Numbered from the stretch's first letter, positions 1 to 9,220 are shown. The stretch: 64,000 nt of DNA from Parcubacteria group bacterium RIFCSPLOWO2_01_FULL_48_18 (GCA_001824435.1 MHXH01000016.1:14970-78969); one strand, 5' to 3'. Made by a program: numbers and translations. The notes: generated by a model from the sequence alone, not told the origin.

Positions 1-647
1 TTGCGGTTGCCCACTTCTTAACCGTTTCGAGTTCTTCTCGCCAATTTCCCCGAGAAAGCTTGAACGTCGCAAAAGCCATGAAGTCTTGCGTTCTTACTTC
101 TTCCGGTAAATCTCCTAGCTCGATAAGCGCGGTTGTATTTTCCTCTGCCCCTAGATAAGCCTTGATTGCTGATTCGGGAAATCCCGACAATCGGCCATAA
201 GTTTCGTCGTCGCCCTCATGAACGTTTCTTAGTGCTTCTGCCGTAGTTTTATCTTTTGCAACAAAAAATCGACTTTGCTCATAACGATATTTTACAGATG
301 GCCCTGCTTCACCCTCGTCAATGCCCTCAATTGCTCCGATTTCTTTTGGTAAATCTACGGGAGTAAGACCGGCGCTTCCCAATTCTCTTCTGGCCGAATC
401 TATTTCTTCTTCGGTCAAGCTTAGCGGTTACTGACCCCCTTCCCAGTCCTTGCCGATGGTTATGTCCGTAGCCGGCTTTAGACCGCCATAAACTAAAAGT
501 AGATCAATTCTGTCACCCAGAGAGTACAGTTTTCGGAAAGGTAAAGATTCTAGAGATTGTATTACCCATGCTTCTTTTTCTCTCTTGCTCTTCAAAAGTT
601 GTAAGCGTTTCCTCGGCATCAAATTGTGGCAGCCCTTCAAATCTCAT
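1..647 (-). pseudogene. Degraded hypothetical protein gene (frameshift near 590, in-frame TAA at 428-430, runs off window edge)
   Basis: ATG at 647 gives MRFEGLPQFDAEETL..., shifts frame into KREKEAWVIQSLESL...EGGQ*, and the same frame continues past the TAA as PLSLTEEEIDSARRELG...YGRLSGFPESAIKAYLG...KKWATA to base 1. Confidence 0.6.
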
Positions 648-654
648 AAGTTAT

Positions 655-668
655 TTCCTAACTGGTGC
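655..668. repeat. att-like copy of the tRNA-Phe 3'-end junction
   Basis: TTCCTAACTGGTGC (655-668) matches TTCCTTTCTGGTGC (1647-1660) at 12/14; TGGTGC is the reverse complement of the tRNA end GCACCA. Confidence 0.5.
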
Positions 669-1654
669 AGTATTCTTGAATTAGTCCGAACGCATTTCGC
701 CGCCTGCGGCGGCGAGGAATTCCCCCCGCGAAAATTCGGAAAGGCGGCGGAGTCGCACCGCTGACAATTTCAAATTTTTTTTGGCGGCATAAATTCTTAA
801 AAAAATGAAAATCCTTTCAGGAATTTATCAAAGAATATTGATTCTTCACTATTGTCTTTTATTGGTTCGAAGAAATTGAAATGAACAACATAGAAAAAAT
901 CTTTCGTATCTATCCAAAATTGGTGAGGACAAGTATTGGGATCAACTTTCATTCCATACCATTGGGACGCAGAACATTCCACCGCTCCTTTCCATGTCCC
1001 AGTGTTCATTTGAATTTCTTTCCCAGTAAGACAGTAAACATATTCTTCGTATTGGGATTCACTGGACAAATTTCTACTTCCTGCGGCAACCGGACATTGC
1101 GAATTGGAAGCGAACATTTTTTCATAAGAAGAATCTATCGAAGAAGATATTGGTTTCTTAATAATAGTAATACCACCCACGATAGCTATGACCTCTCCAT
1201 TTTTAATTTCTTGCAATTGAACGAAAGGAAAATGAGTATCCTCGTCTACCTTCCAATAAGCCGGATATTGAAACTCAAGCCCATATTTTTCACTACGATA
1301 CACCTTCCAGTCATCGGTCGATGGCGAGGAGCTCGTCGTTTTATTGGAAGGTTGCGTAGCAGTTTGAGTGGATGTCGGAGTTTTTACTTCATTGGATACA
1401 GGCGCTGGTTGTTGAGTTTGAATTTCCGTAGGAGCCACGGATTTCTTGGAAAAAATGAAATACCCACCGATTGCAACAATAGCAATGACAACGAAAATCA
1501 AAACAATATTTACAAATCCCTTTTGACTCATATGATTAAAAATTTTTCTTCCCCCAAAATGCGAAACCGCCAATTCGTTTTTACCCCCAAAATTGAATAC
1601 CAATTAGTCGCCGAGCGAAGCGAGGCGAACCTTTTAAACTTGCAAATTCCTTTC
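669..1654. mobile_element. Putative single-gene integrative cassette at the tRNA-Phe 3' end
   Basis: AT-rich cargo gene bounded by two TTCCTnnCTGGTGC junctions; GC-rich hairpins at 697-770; no recombinase gene inside. Confidence 0.4.
797..1531 (-). CDS. Membrane-anchored surface protein with pilin-like N-terminus and PsbP-like domain
   Basis: Likely start MSQKGFVNIVLIFVVIAIVAIGGY (KGF + hydrophobic helix), Thr/Ser/Pro linker, WKVYRSEKYGLEFQYPAYW motif common in CPR PsbP-related proteins. Confidence 0.7.
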   Translation of the reverse strand: MSQKGFVNIVLIFVVIAIVAIGGYFIFSKKSVAPTEIQTQQPAPVSNEVKTPTSTQTATQPSNKTTSSSPSTDDWKVYRSEKYGLEFQYPAYWKVDEDTHFPFVQLQEIKNGEVIAIVGGITIIKKPISSSIDSSYEKMFASNSQCPVAAGSRNLSSESQYEEYVYCLTGKEIQMNTGTWKGAVECSASQWYGMKVDPNTCPHQFWIDTKDFFYVVHFNFFEPIKDNSEESIFFDKFLKGFSFF

Positions 1655-1966
1655 TGGTGCCGCGGGAGGGAATCGAACCCCCTACGCCAGCCTCTTCCTG
1701 GCTGATTTTGGACTATATCATCTCCGTTCTTCGCGCAAGAGTGCGGAGTCGGGCGCTTGTGCAAGATTATTGTTGGGACTCACTTGCTAGTCTCTACACC
1801 TTCTAAGAAATCTCCACCGGCTGGCGGAGCCCCCCTTAGCTTGGCTCGGGGTTGTTCTGACGGCATGTCGGAGTGTTCCCCGAATTCACCCGATTTTACA
1901 GTCTGCATTACTGCAGAAAGCCCCAAAGAATTTCAGGGCTGCGCTCTACCAATGAGCTACCGCGGC
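1655..1966 (-). tRNA. tRNA-Phe(GAA) with group I intron (exons 1966-1935 and 1697-1655)
   Basis: Spliced sequence GCCGCGGTAGCTCATTGGTAGAGCGCAGCCCT|GAAGAGGCTGGCGTAGGGGGTTCGATTCCCTCCCGCGGCACCA forms a cloverleaf with anticodon arm CAGCC-CTGAAGA-GGCTG, T-loop GTTCGATTC and encoded CCA. Confidence 0.93.
1698..1934 (-). ncRNA. Group I self-splicing intron (237 nt, no ORF), inserted at 33/34
   Basis: Follows U and ends in G; P1 AGCCCU/GGGGCU with U-G pair; P10 UUCUUU/GAAGAG; P-like AAUUCGGGGAA, Q-like AACCCCGAGCC, R GUAGAGACUA, S GAUAUAGUCC (P7 GACUA/UAGUC); P3 UCGGGU/GCCCGA. Confidence 0.9.
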
Positions 1967-2064
1967 AATCATGTTTAGACTATACCAATTTTTTGATTCC
2001 TTCAATATGCCCCATAATTTTTATGTTTAAGGGTGGGGGGCGGCGCGAAACGAGGTAGGAAACC

Positions 2065-3600
2065 TCACAACTTAATCTGCGCGCGATATACCGCAAAGTT
2101 CTCGCTGTTTTCAAAATCAATCATGTCAACGGATCCGTCGGGATAGACCGCGCCGGCAAGGTCGCGGCGGCCGTTCACTAAAATAGGAACCCCGAGCCAG
2201 GCCGCCTCAATCTGCCGGAGCCAGACGACGGATTCAAGGTATTTTCTAAATCCCGCGATCGCCCAGTTATTGCTGGAAGAATGGATTAAAAACCTTGCTC
2301 CGCGGTCGACGAACTTCTTCGCCACAAACGGATAGTGCAATTCACCGCAGATCGGGGTACCGAATACGATCTCTCCGGCCAGTGAAAAATTTTTCGTTTC
2401 CCCTCCTCTGGCAAACTGCAATCGGGGATCAAATACCGGACTTCGCTTCACAATGTTCGGCACGGTCTCCCGCGCCCAATTAACATAGAAAGGGCGCCAC
2501 TCGCCGAACGGCCAAAACTCGCCTCCATACGCCAGGTATCTCTTTTTGTACACATCAACAATAGAGCCGTCCTGCGCGAAAAGCATCCCCATGTTATAAC
2601 GCTCGCCGCTTGCGACCACCACGGTAGTATAGACCAATACGCGGCTTCTCGTGCTTTTGGCAAATTCACGATACTGCCGTATCAACGTCCCGGCGTTTAC
2701 CACGCCAAATTTTTCAAAAGCCTCTTCGTCACGATCATCCGTATACTCGTTCCTAAAAATATCTTCAGGGAAAACAACCAGATCCGGCGCGCTCTCCGAT
2801 TGCAAAACCCTCTCCTTAATCGGCGCAAGGCGCTGGGCAATCAGACGGCCTACGTGATCCAGCTCTGTCTTACCGAGGCCGTCCGGAAAATCTTCCACTT
2901 CTCTATCAAAGGCTTCGGTGGTCGAGACAAGTAAAATCTCGACGATGTCTTCGCGGCGCTGATATTCTTCGCTGCGGCCGCGAAGAGAAACGCGAGATAG
3001 TACAAAACCCGCAACAAGCAGCACCAGAGCAACGAGTAACCCCCTGCGGCCAGCTGCGTCAAAACTCACGCTAAAAATCCTCGGCGCGCGGGAAAACGAA
3101 ATTGAAAAACGAAGTCTTTTCAACGCAAACAGCAGAGCCGCATTCACGGCCGCAACAAACAACATCAAGAATTCAACGCCGCCGAAACGAGCAAGGCCCA
3201 AAAAGGGACTTGGCGCAAGATTGATGCCAATATCAACGACAAAATAGGGAAGGAGGGTGAGCCGCGACTCCACGTGCTCCCAAAAAGCAAAGAGAGGGGG
3301 CAAGACGCAAAACCATACCAACTCCCGGCCGGTCATTCGTTTTACAAGATATACCGAGAGCGGAAAGCCGAAAAACAAAACCGCAGATTGAAGAAAAATA
3401 ATCGGCTCAAAGGCAACAACAGCAACATATGCCGCAAGCGCAATACGAAACACCAGCGTTCCCGCAAACAATCGCAACAAGCTCCTCTCGCCGAGCACGA
3501 AAGAAAAATAGGGAATTAAAGCAACAAATGCGAAACCGTAAAGCCCAAGCGGCGGATACGACACTATCGCAAGAAGGGCGGATAGAAAACTTAACCACAT
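2065..3600 (-). CDS. lnt: Apolipoprotein N-acyltransferase
   Basis: N-terminal multi-TM region plus nitrilase-fold triad motifs VVFPED, YKKRYL, PICGE. Confidence 0.8.
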   Translation of the reverse strand: MWLSFLSALLAIVSYPPLGLYGFAFVALIPYFSFVLGERSLLRLFAGTLVFRIALAAYVAVVAFEPIIFLQSAVLFFGFPLSVYLVKRMTGRELVWFCVLPPLFAFWEHVESRLTLLPYFVVDIGINLAPSPFLGLARFGGVEFLMLFVAAVNAALLFALKRLRFSISFSRAPRIFSVSFDAAGRRGLLVALVLLVAGFVLSRVSLRGRSEEYQRREDIVEILLVSTTEAFDREVEDFPDGLGKTELDHVGRLIAQRLAPIKERVLQSESAPDLVVFPEDIFRNEYTDDRDEEAFEKFGVVNAGTLIRQYREFAKSTRSRVLVYTTVVVASGERYNMGMLFAQDGSIVDVYKKRYLAYGGEFWPFGEWRPFYVNWARETVPNIVKRSPVFDPRLQFARGGETKNFSLAGEIVFGTPICGELHYPFVAKKFVDRGARFLIHSSSNNWAIAGFRKYLESVVWLRQIEAAWLGVPILVNGRRDLAGAVYPDGSVDMIDFENSENFAVYRAQIKL

Positions 3601-3769
3601 GGTTTGACGCGGTGCACTAGTCCTCCATTAATTTAATTTTTTCGGGTTCTCTCGATAAAAAACTATGTTTTTTCTTACGCAACCAGCTGTATGATGACGC
3701 CAGAATTAAATTAAAGGAGGACGAGCACGCAAATCTATCATAACAAATCAAGGGCCCCGCAGAAACGAA

Positions 3770-4507
3770 CTACGGGGCATTCAAAAGCTCCTCTAGTCTT
3801 GCCCGCAATGCGCGCGTTATCGCATTGATTTCTTCCTTGCCGGGCTTCTCCATTTGTTCAAATGTCAGTGGCGTACCAATCGTTACGACGACATTTTTGC
3901 CGACCCTGGGAACGCACCCGCGAGACGGAATAAGCTGTGCAGTGCCTCGAAGCGCCACGGGAACAACCGGCGCGCCGCTCATAAGCGCGAGTCGAGCGGC
4001 TCCCGGATAAAATTCTCCAAGAGAACCGTCGACAGGCAGTCGCCCCTCGGGAAAAATCAAGACCCGCTCACCGCTTCGAAGCCGCTCCACAAAAAATTGG
4101 TTCACCGCTTCGTTGACCTCTCGTCTCTTATCGGCCGGACCACCCACTTGAACTGACACCAGCCGTAATGCACGAAACAGCCACCGCAGCCGCGGCAAAC
4201 GCTCGTCGTATCTGCGTGTCACCATGCTGTACGGAAGGGTTGCCTTATCACGAATCATCCGCGGAAAACCGATAATTCCCATATTAATAAGGAAGCCGTC
4301 GATTATGTTTTGGTGATTGCTGTAGAAGATCGCCCCGCGGGGAAACATCCTCTCTCCATTGATACGTACCCGGTTAAGGACGCGAAAGTAGAGCCATCCG
4401 AGGCCGCACAAAACGATAGCGCAGGCCCGCCCTAAGACCGCGGCCACAGCGTACATCGTCTTCCGCATGACACGCCTCGTCTCCGACGATTGATAGCAAT
4501 GATCCAC
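3770..4507 (-). CDS. Lysophospholipid/1-acyl-glycerol-3-phosphate acyltransferase (PlsC family); start uncertain
   Basis: NHQNIID (HX4D), LIFPEGR, GAARLAL, PVVPVAL motifs; upstream TTGACA-17-TATGCT on minus strand near 4515-4542. Confidence 0.85.
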   Translation of the reverse strand: MDHCYQSSETRRVMRKTMYAVAAVLGRACAIVLCGLGWLYFRVLNRVRINGERMFPRGAIFYSNHQNIIDGFLINMGIIGFPRMIRDKATLPYSMVTRRYDERLPRLRWLFRALRLVSVQVGGPADKRREVNEAVNQFFVERLRSGERVLIFPEGRLPVDGSLGEFYPGAARLALMSGAPVVPVALRGTAQLIPSRGCVPRVGKNVVVTIGTPLTFEQMEKPGKEEINAITRALRARLEELLNAP

Positions 4508-4615
4508 AGAACAGCATACTTCGACGGGCGATCATTTGTCAACAAAAATACTCAAGGGTCCGTACCTTGGGATCCGCACCTTACTCAAGAGAAGCTGCCG
4601 GCCCTTACCAAAAAA

Positions 4616-4651
4616 TCTACACTATCATACACTGTAGTATGATAGTGTAGA
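4616..4651. repeat. Perfect 15-bp inverted repeat with 6-nt spacer
   Basis: TCTACACTATCATAC-actgta-GTATGATAGTGTAGA in a divergent intergenic region. Confidence 0.85.
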
Positions 4652-4717
4652 AAGGGGGTCGGGGTCAGGACGGATTTGGTTATTCACAGTATGCGTCATG
4701 CGTTAGCATACATGCGC

Positions 4718-4726
4718 TGCTATAAT
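4718..4726 (+). promoter_or_regulatory. Extended -10 promoter, probable leaderless transcript
   Basis: TGCTATAAT ends 7 nt before ATG 4734; no SD. Confidence 0.6.
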
Positions 4727-4733
4727 AGAAGCA

Positions 4734-5528
4734 ATGGAAGCCGTTTCTTTTCCGAGAAAACTGGCAGCCGCACTTATACTGATTGCCGGCATTGCGGGAT
4801 TGTATGCGAGCGTTGCTCCGAATACGTTTTGGGCATTATTCTCCAAAGACAAAGAGGGCGCGGGCAGAGACGCCATTACAGCATACCTCGCGCCATCAGC
4901 GCAAGAATCGCAAAAACCGCTCTATGTCGAACCATACGGAGACGCCGCGGCTGCTGCGTCCGACAACCTTACCGGCCTGCTCGCTGACACACTGTCAGAT
5001 CAGCTCATGGCCGACGTCGGCGCCGAGAGCTTCCTGGGAGAGGGCAGCGCAGACATCTCGGAAACGCTCCCGGACTATTCCACTCTTCTAGAAAACGAAC
5101 TCGCCAAGGTCGATCCCTCCCGCATTTTCAAGGCAGGAGCATTTGACATCGTTGTCATCAACGACAATAGCCGCGAAGCAAAAAAGAAATATGACGAACG
5201 CGTAACGCCGGTCGTGGAAAAAATCTTCGCGGGCCTCAATGACAATGCATCGTCATTTTCGGAAAAAGACCTCGCCCAAGTCGTCGATAACCACAACGCG
5301 GCCATCACCATCGCTCTCGCAACGCCGGTGCCGAACGACTGGGCAGAATACCACAGAAAGGGAGTTGCCTATCTGATGGAACGAAGGGAGATTTTTCAGG
5401 CGCTTAGCGCCGTACACGACGATCCGGTAAAATCGCTTGCCGCGCTTCAATACCTCAACGCGTTCGAAGTCGAATTTACGCAATATCTAAAAGAGTATTC
5501 GGAAATCATAAAGGGCGCGACACAATGA
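4734..5528 (+). CDS. Hypothetical membrane-anchored protein, first gene of T4SS-like locus
   Basis: 264 aa ORF with N-terminal TM helix and helical C-terminal domain. Confidence 0.75.
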   Translation: MEAVSFPRKLAAALILIAGIAGLYASVAPNTFWALFSKDKEGAGRDAITAYLAPSAQESQKPLYVEPYGDAAAAASDNLTGLLADTLSDQLMADVGAESFLGEGSADISETLPDYSTLLENELAKVDPSRIFKAGAFDIVVINDNSREAKKKYDERVTPVVEKIFAGLNDNASSFSEKDLAQVVDNHNAAITIALATPVPNDWAEYHRKGVAYLMERREIFQALSAVHDDPVKSLAALQYLNAFEVEFTQYLKEYSEIIKGATQ

Positions 5529-5575
5529 AACCCTCATGCCTATCAACAGGGCGGGGCATACATTAATCTGCAATC

Positions 5576-5584
5576 TGCTATAAT
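5576..5584 (+). promoter_or_regulatory. Extended -10 promoter, probable leaderless transcript
   Basis: TGCTATAAT ends 6 nt before ATG 5591. Confidence 0.6.
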
Positions 5585-5590
5585 CAAACT

Positions 5591-7003
5591 ATGGGCGCCG
5601 CGAAAATAACGGTCCTGGCAATCATCGTCGCAGTCCTCGCGCTGGCGCCGCTTTCATTTTCGCCGCCGGGCATGCACGGCGCCTCCTCAATAATCACGCG
5701 CCAAGATGCCCTTGCCGGAGGACTAGCGGGCATCATACACGACCCAATCAGCAATATCAGAAGAATCATCGAATACATCGCGGGCAACGTTGGAAGGGTT
5801 CTCCTGGAAGCGCTTAAGCAAAAAGCTCTCGAGATGCTGACGCAAAAAATGACCGCGTATATCAGCAACAAGGGCGGGGTCCCGAGATACGTTACCAACT
5901 GGCAAAAAGAATTAGGCGATGCGTTCGGCACCGGGGCAGGAAGATTTGTCGACGAAGTTTCAGGGCTCGTACTATCAAATAAGCTCTGCCAAAATTTGCA
6001 GCAACCGGTGCTCGCCGCATTGAAAAATTTTCAATTCCAAAGCCCGTACGGCACAAGGAACGCCTGCAAGCTTAGCACCGTTGTTTCCAATGCCAATGCG
6101 TTCTTTGGAGACTTTTCCAAGGGCGGATTTGTGGCTTACAACACCCTCATGCAGCCGGAGGGCGGAGGCAATATCTACTGGGGCCTTATTACCGCAATGC
6201 AAGAAATGCGCGCGCGGGGGGACGCAGAAGCAGATGCGGCAAAATCCTCTGCAGAAGCGGGGAGCGGACTTAAAGACATAAAATACTGCCCCCCTGCGCT
6301 GTGGCAAGCAAGCTGGATCAAGGGCAAGAGCCTGCCCTATTCAGATCCTACGTGGGAACAACACTGCATATCTCCGAAGGTGACCACGCCCGGGAGCGCC
6401 AATTACGAAATGGTCGCGAGCGTCATGGACAAAGAAAAGGCGCAAATCGTCAACTCCGAATCTCTCGCCAAGGCGCTTACCGGCATTATTGCCAACTCGC
6501 TTGCGAGCAAACTAACCAAACTCGGGGAAAAAGGGCTATTTCAGGTCACAGAAACAACATCAACGGCGATCGATGTCTGTCAAGGACTTACCGGAGAGGA
6601 CCTCGTCTTCTGCCAAGCGACAAAGGATCCTCCGAATATCACCGCTGCCCGCAGCGCGGCTCTTACCGAGATAAACAAGCGGCTTAACGATTACAGCACC
6701 TATATTTCCGATCTAAAGTTGCTGCAAACGTGCCAGAGGGGCTTGTGTATCAAACGCGGGGGCAGCGCGTTGAGCACTTGTACGCTTGTATCTCCGCCTA
6801 TGAGCGACACGCAGAAAAAGATCGACGAAGCAACCTCGGTGAAAAACTCGCTGACTTCCGCAAAAAGCACAGTATCCACTGCAACTGACCCGCAGGCAAT
6901 TCTGCTTGCATACTCCAGCATCAAAGGATTGGGCAGCATTATTTCCATCCAAGACACTAAGAATCAGCTGGCGCAATGCCAGACAGACCTGGCTGCGCCG
7001 TAA
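5591..7003 (+). CDS. Secreted Cys-containing hypothetical protein of CPR T4SS-like locus
   Basis: 470 aa ORF, signal peptide, paired Cys, VTTPGS motif; operon context. Confidence 0.75.
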   Translation: MGAAKITVLAIIVAVLALAPLSFSPPGMHGASSIITRQDALAGGLAGIIHDPISNIRRIIEYIAGNVGRVLLEALKQKALEMLTQKMTAYISNKGGVPRYVTNWQKELGDAFGTGAGRFVDEVSGLVLSNKLCQNLQQPVLAALKNFQFQSPYGTRNACKLSTVVSNANAFFGDFSKGGFVAYNTLMQPEGGGNIYWGLITAMQEMRARGDAEADAAKSSAEAGSGLKDIKYCPPALWQASWIKGKSLPYSDPTWEQHCISPKVTTPGSANYEMVASVMDKEKAQIVNSESLAKALTGIIANSLASKLTKLGEKGLFQVTETTSTAIDVCQGLTGEDLVFCQATKDPPNITAARSAALTEINKRLNDYSTYISDLKLLQTCQRGLCIKRGGSALSTCTLVSPPMSDTQKKIDEATSVKNSLTSAKSTVSTATDPQAILLAYSSIKGLGSIISIQDTKNQLAQCQTDLAAP

Positions 7004-7007
7004 CATT

Positions 7008-9209
7008 ATGAAAAGGAAAATGTCAAAGCTTCTCCCCATTGCATTCTTTACCGTACTAATAACGGTGAGTTTACTGATTCCAGCAGACGCGCACGCTTGG
7101 ATACATGATGAAATCGCCAGCGCATTAGGAGGCGCAGTTCTCGATGTTATGTCTTTCTTCATAGGAATGGTAGCAAGCATTCTGGGTATTTTCGTGTCGA
7201 TAGCCACGATCTTTACCGGCGCGATGCTTAAGATAAACTTCGATGTTTTAAAAAACCCGGTGGCCACGGTCGGATGGGTCGCAACCAGAGATTTTGCCAA
7301 TCTGGGATTCGTACTGGTGCTTCTGATTATCGCCTTCGCGACAATTCTGCGGATCCAAAGCTACGGCATGAAAAGCCTTTTGTGGAAACTTATTATCGCC
7401 GCAGTGCTTGTCAACTTCAGCTTTACCATTGCCGCAGCCTTTATAGACTTCAGCCATATTCTCGCAAAAACTTTCATGAACAGGTCATTACCCCAAGGCC
7501 TATCCGGGCCCATGGACTACGGCACCCATCTTGCCGGAAATCTCAATCCTCAAGCGCCCTACGCTGTCGCGAGCAGCGCATCGGCGCTGGCTAAAACCGC
7601 AAGCTTTACGTCCTTGTTCCTTTCGGTTCTCTTCGGATTCGTATTTGCCATACTCTATACTCTCATTCTCATAGTCGTGATAAGTGCGCTGGGCGTCCTT
7701 TTCGTCGTACGGTTTGTACACCTCACATTTCTACTCGTCCTTGCGCCGCTTGCATGGCTCTTTTGGGCAACTCCAATGTTAAGCCACCTTGCAAAACAAT
7801 GGTGGAACTCGTTTTTACGGTGGGTCTTTTTCGCTCCGGCAGCGCTCTTTTTCATTTGGCTCTCGCTTAAAATTAGCACGCAGGCAGGTGCGCAAAAATG
7901 GTTTGAGGATACCGACGCATCACTTATAAAAGCAGGCGTAGCTACCAAGCTAGATAGTTCTATTCTTACCGGAAACCTCCTGACAAGCCTCGCAAACATG
8001 TTCCTTCTAGGCAGTCTTCTTGTCGGAAGTGTTATCGTGGCGGACAAAATGGGGGTAGACGGAGCGCGCGCAGCAGTTAACGCCGCCACTAAGGTTCCGC
8101 GGGCTACGGCCGAATTTTTGAAACGGCGCGGCGCCCTGCTTAAAAACAAGGCCCTTCAAAAGGCAATGGAAAGCAAGGCGGGTAAAAAAGTGGCGGGCGC
8201 ACTCCAAGCAATCCCGCTTTTCGGAGGCATTGTAACCCCCGCCCTAGCAGATCTTAGGGCCGGGGCCAAAGGAAAAGAAGTAGAGTTCTATCAGGAGAAA
8301 TATGCAAATTATGACCAACAGCAACTCGAGGCTGCCATGCGGCAGACAAAGAATTCTGCAGAAGCCGCTGCCCTGTCGGGTATTGCCGGTAAGAAAGGGT
8401 TTTTGCGCGCTGCCAATACAAACCTTAGTAGGAAGGAGAGGCTGCAATTGGCCGTAGTCGCGGATCAGGCTGGCCTTGCCCCAGATGGAACAAAACACTC
8501 AGACCAGATTGTAAAAGGTGACCCGACTCTAGCGTACAATATAGCCAGACTAGCTGGGAAAAACGATGAAGATAGCATGGCCGAAATGAGCAAATTTATG
8601 AAAGAAAAGATGTCTCCCGAGGATATAGCCAGAATGGACCCTTCGGCAGCCGACTTTGATCCCAAGAAGGACATTGCTGATCCTAAAAATATTGAAAATC
8701 GCCTCAGGCTTCACGTTGCTCTTTTGCTAGACACGGGTAGGCTTGGACGCGTAATCAGCGAGGGTGGGCCAGCGGTTGACTCCATTGAAAAAACTCTAAA
8801 GTGGGCACGGGCTAATCGGGACGAGGTGAAAAAAGAAGACGCCATACTCAAACTACCCCCGGATAAATCCAGAGAGAGAAGTATGGACAGACTGCTGGAC
8901 TATTGGGAACAGTCTCCTGTTACGGCTGGCCGTAAACTGCCGGTCGCTGCAGAAGAAATTAAATATAATGCCGCCGAAACATTCGGCAACGCCGACAACC
9001 AACGCACGGTCAAAATGGTACTAAGCCTAGACATCGGACGGCTCGACGAAATCATAAAAGACCCGAATCCTCTGGTACCCACCAACTTCAAAGACACCCT
9101 ACAGCAGATTAAGAGCAATATAAACCTCCTAACCGACCAAGAAAAGAAACGGATCGGGGGCCACATTAGGTACTGGAACTCTCTTAATTCCGCTAATCAA
9201 ATTACGTAA
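7008..9209 (+). CDS. VirB6/TrbL-like polytopic membrane protein with cytoplasmic C-terminal extension
   Basis: GWVATRDFANLGFVLVLLIIAFATIL, LIIAAVLVNFS, LLVLAPLAW...WWNSFLRWVFFAP motifs; start taken at ATG 7008. Confidence 0.7.
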   Translation: MKRKMSKLLPIAFFTVLITVSLLIPADAHAWIHDEIASALGGAVLDVMSFFIGMVASILGIFVSIATIFTGAMLKINFDVLKNPVATVGWVATRDFANLGFVLVLLIIAFATILRIQSYGMKSLLWKLIIAAVLVNFSFTIAAAFIDFSHILAKTFMNRSLPQGLSGPMDYGTHLAGNLNPQAPYAVASSASALAKTASFTSLFLSVLFGFVFAILYTLILIVVISALGVLFVVRFVHLTFLLVLAPLAWLFWATPMLSHLAKQWWNSFLRWVFFAPAALFFIWLSLKISTQAGAQKWFEDTDASLIKAGVATKLDSSILTGNLLTSLANMFLLGSLLVGSVIVADKMGVDGARAAVNAATKVPRATAEFLKRRGALLKNKALQKAMESKAGKKVAGALQAIPLFGGIVTPALADLRAGAKGKEVEFYQEKYANYDQQQLEAAMRQTKNSAEAAALSGIAGKKGFLRAANTNLSRKERLQLAVVADQAGLAPDGTKHSDQIVKGDPTLAYNIARLAGKNDEDSMAEMSKFMKEKMSPEDIARMDPSAADFDPKKDIADPKNIENRLRLHVALLLDTGRLGRVISEGGPAVDSIEKTLKWARANRDEVKKEDAILKLPPDKSRERSMDRLLDYWEQSPVTAGRKLPVAAEEIKYNAAETFGNADNQRTVKMVLSLDIGRLDEIIKDPNPLVPTNFKDTLQQIKSNINLLTDQEKKRIGGHIRYWNSLNSANQIT

Positions 9210-9220
9210 GCTTTAACCAC

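Noticed and set aside
881-1705. 274-aa plus-strand ORF
   Set aside because: Shadow of the minus-strand surface-protein gene and runs into the tRNA; only its last ~45 codons are of interest as a possible recombinase-tail remnant.
1528-2058. Short ORFs over the tRNA/intron (possible homing endonuclease)
   Set aside because: They overlap structured RNA and show no LAGLIDADG, GIY-YIG or HNH motifs; the intron is only 237 nt.
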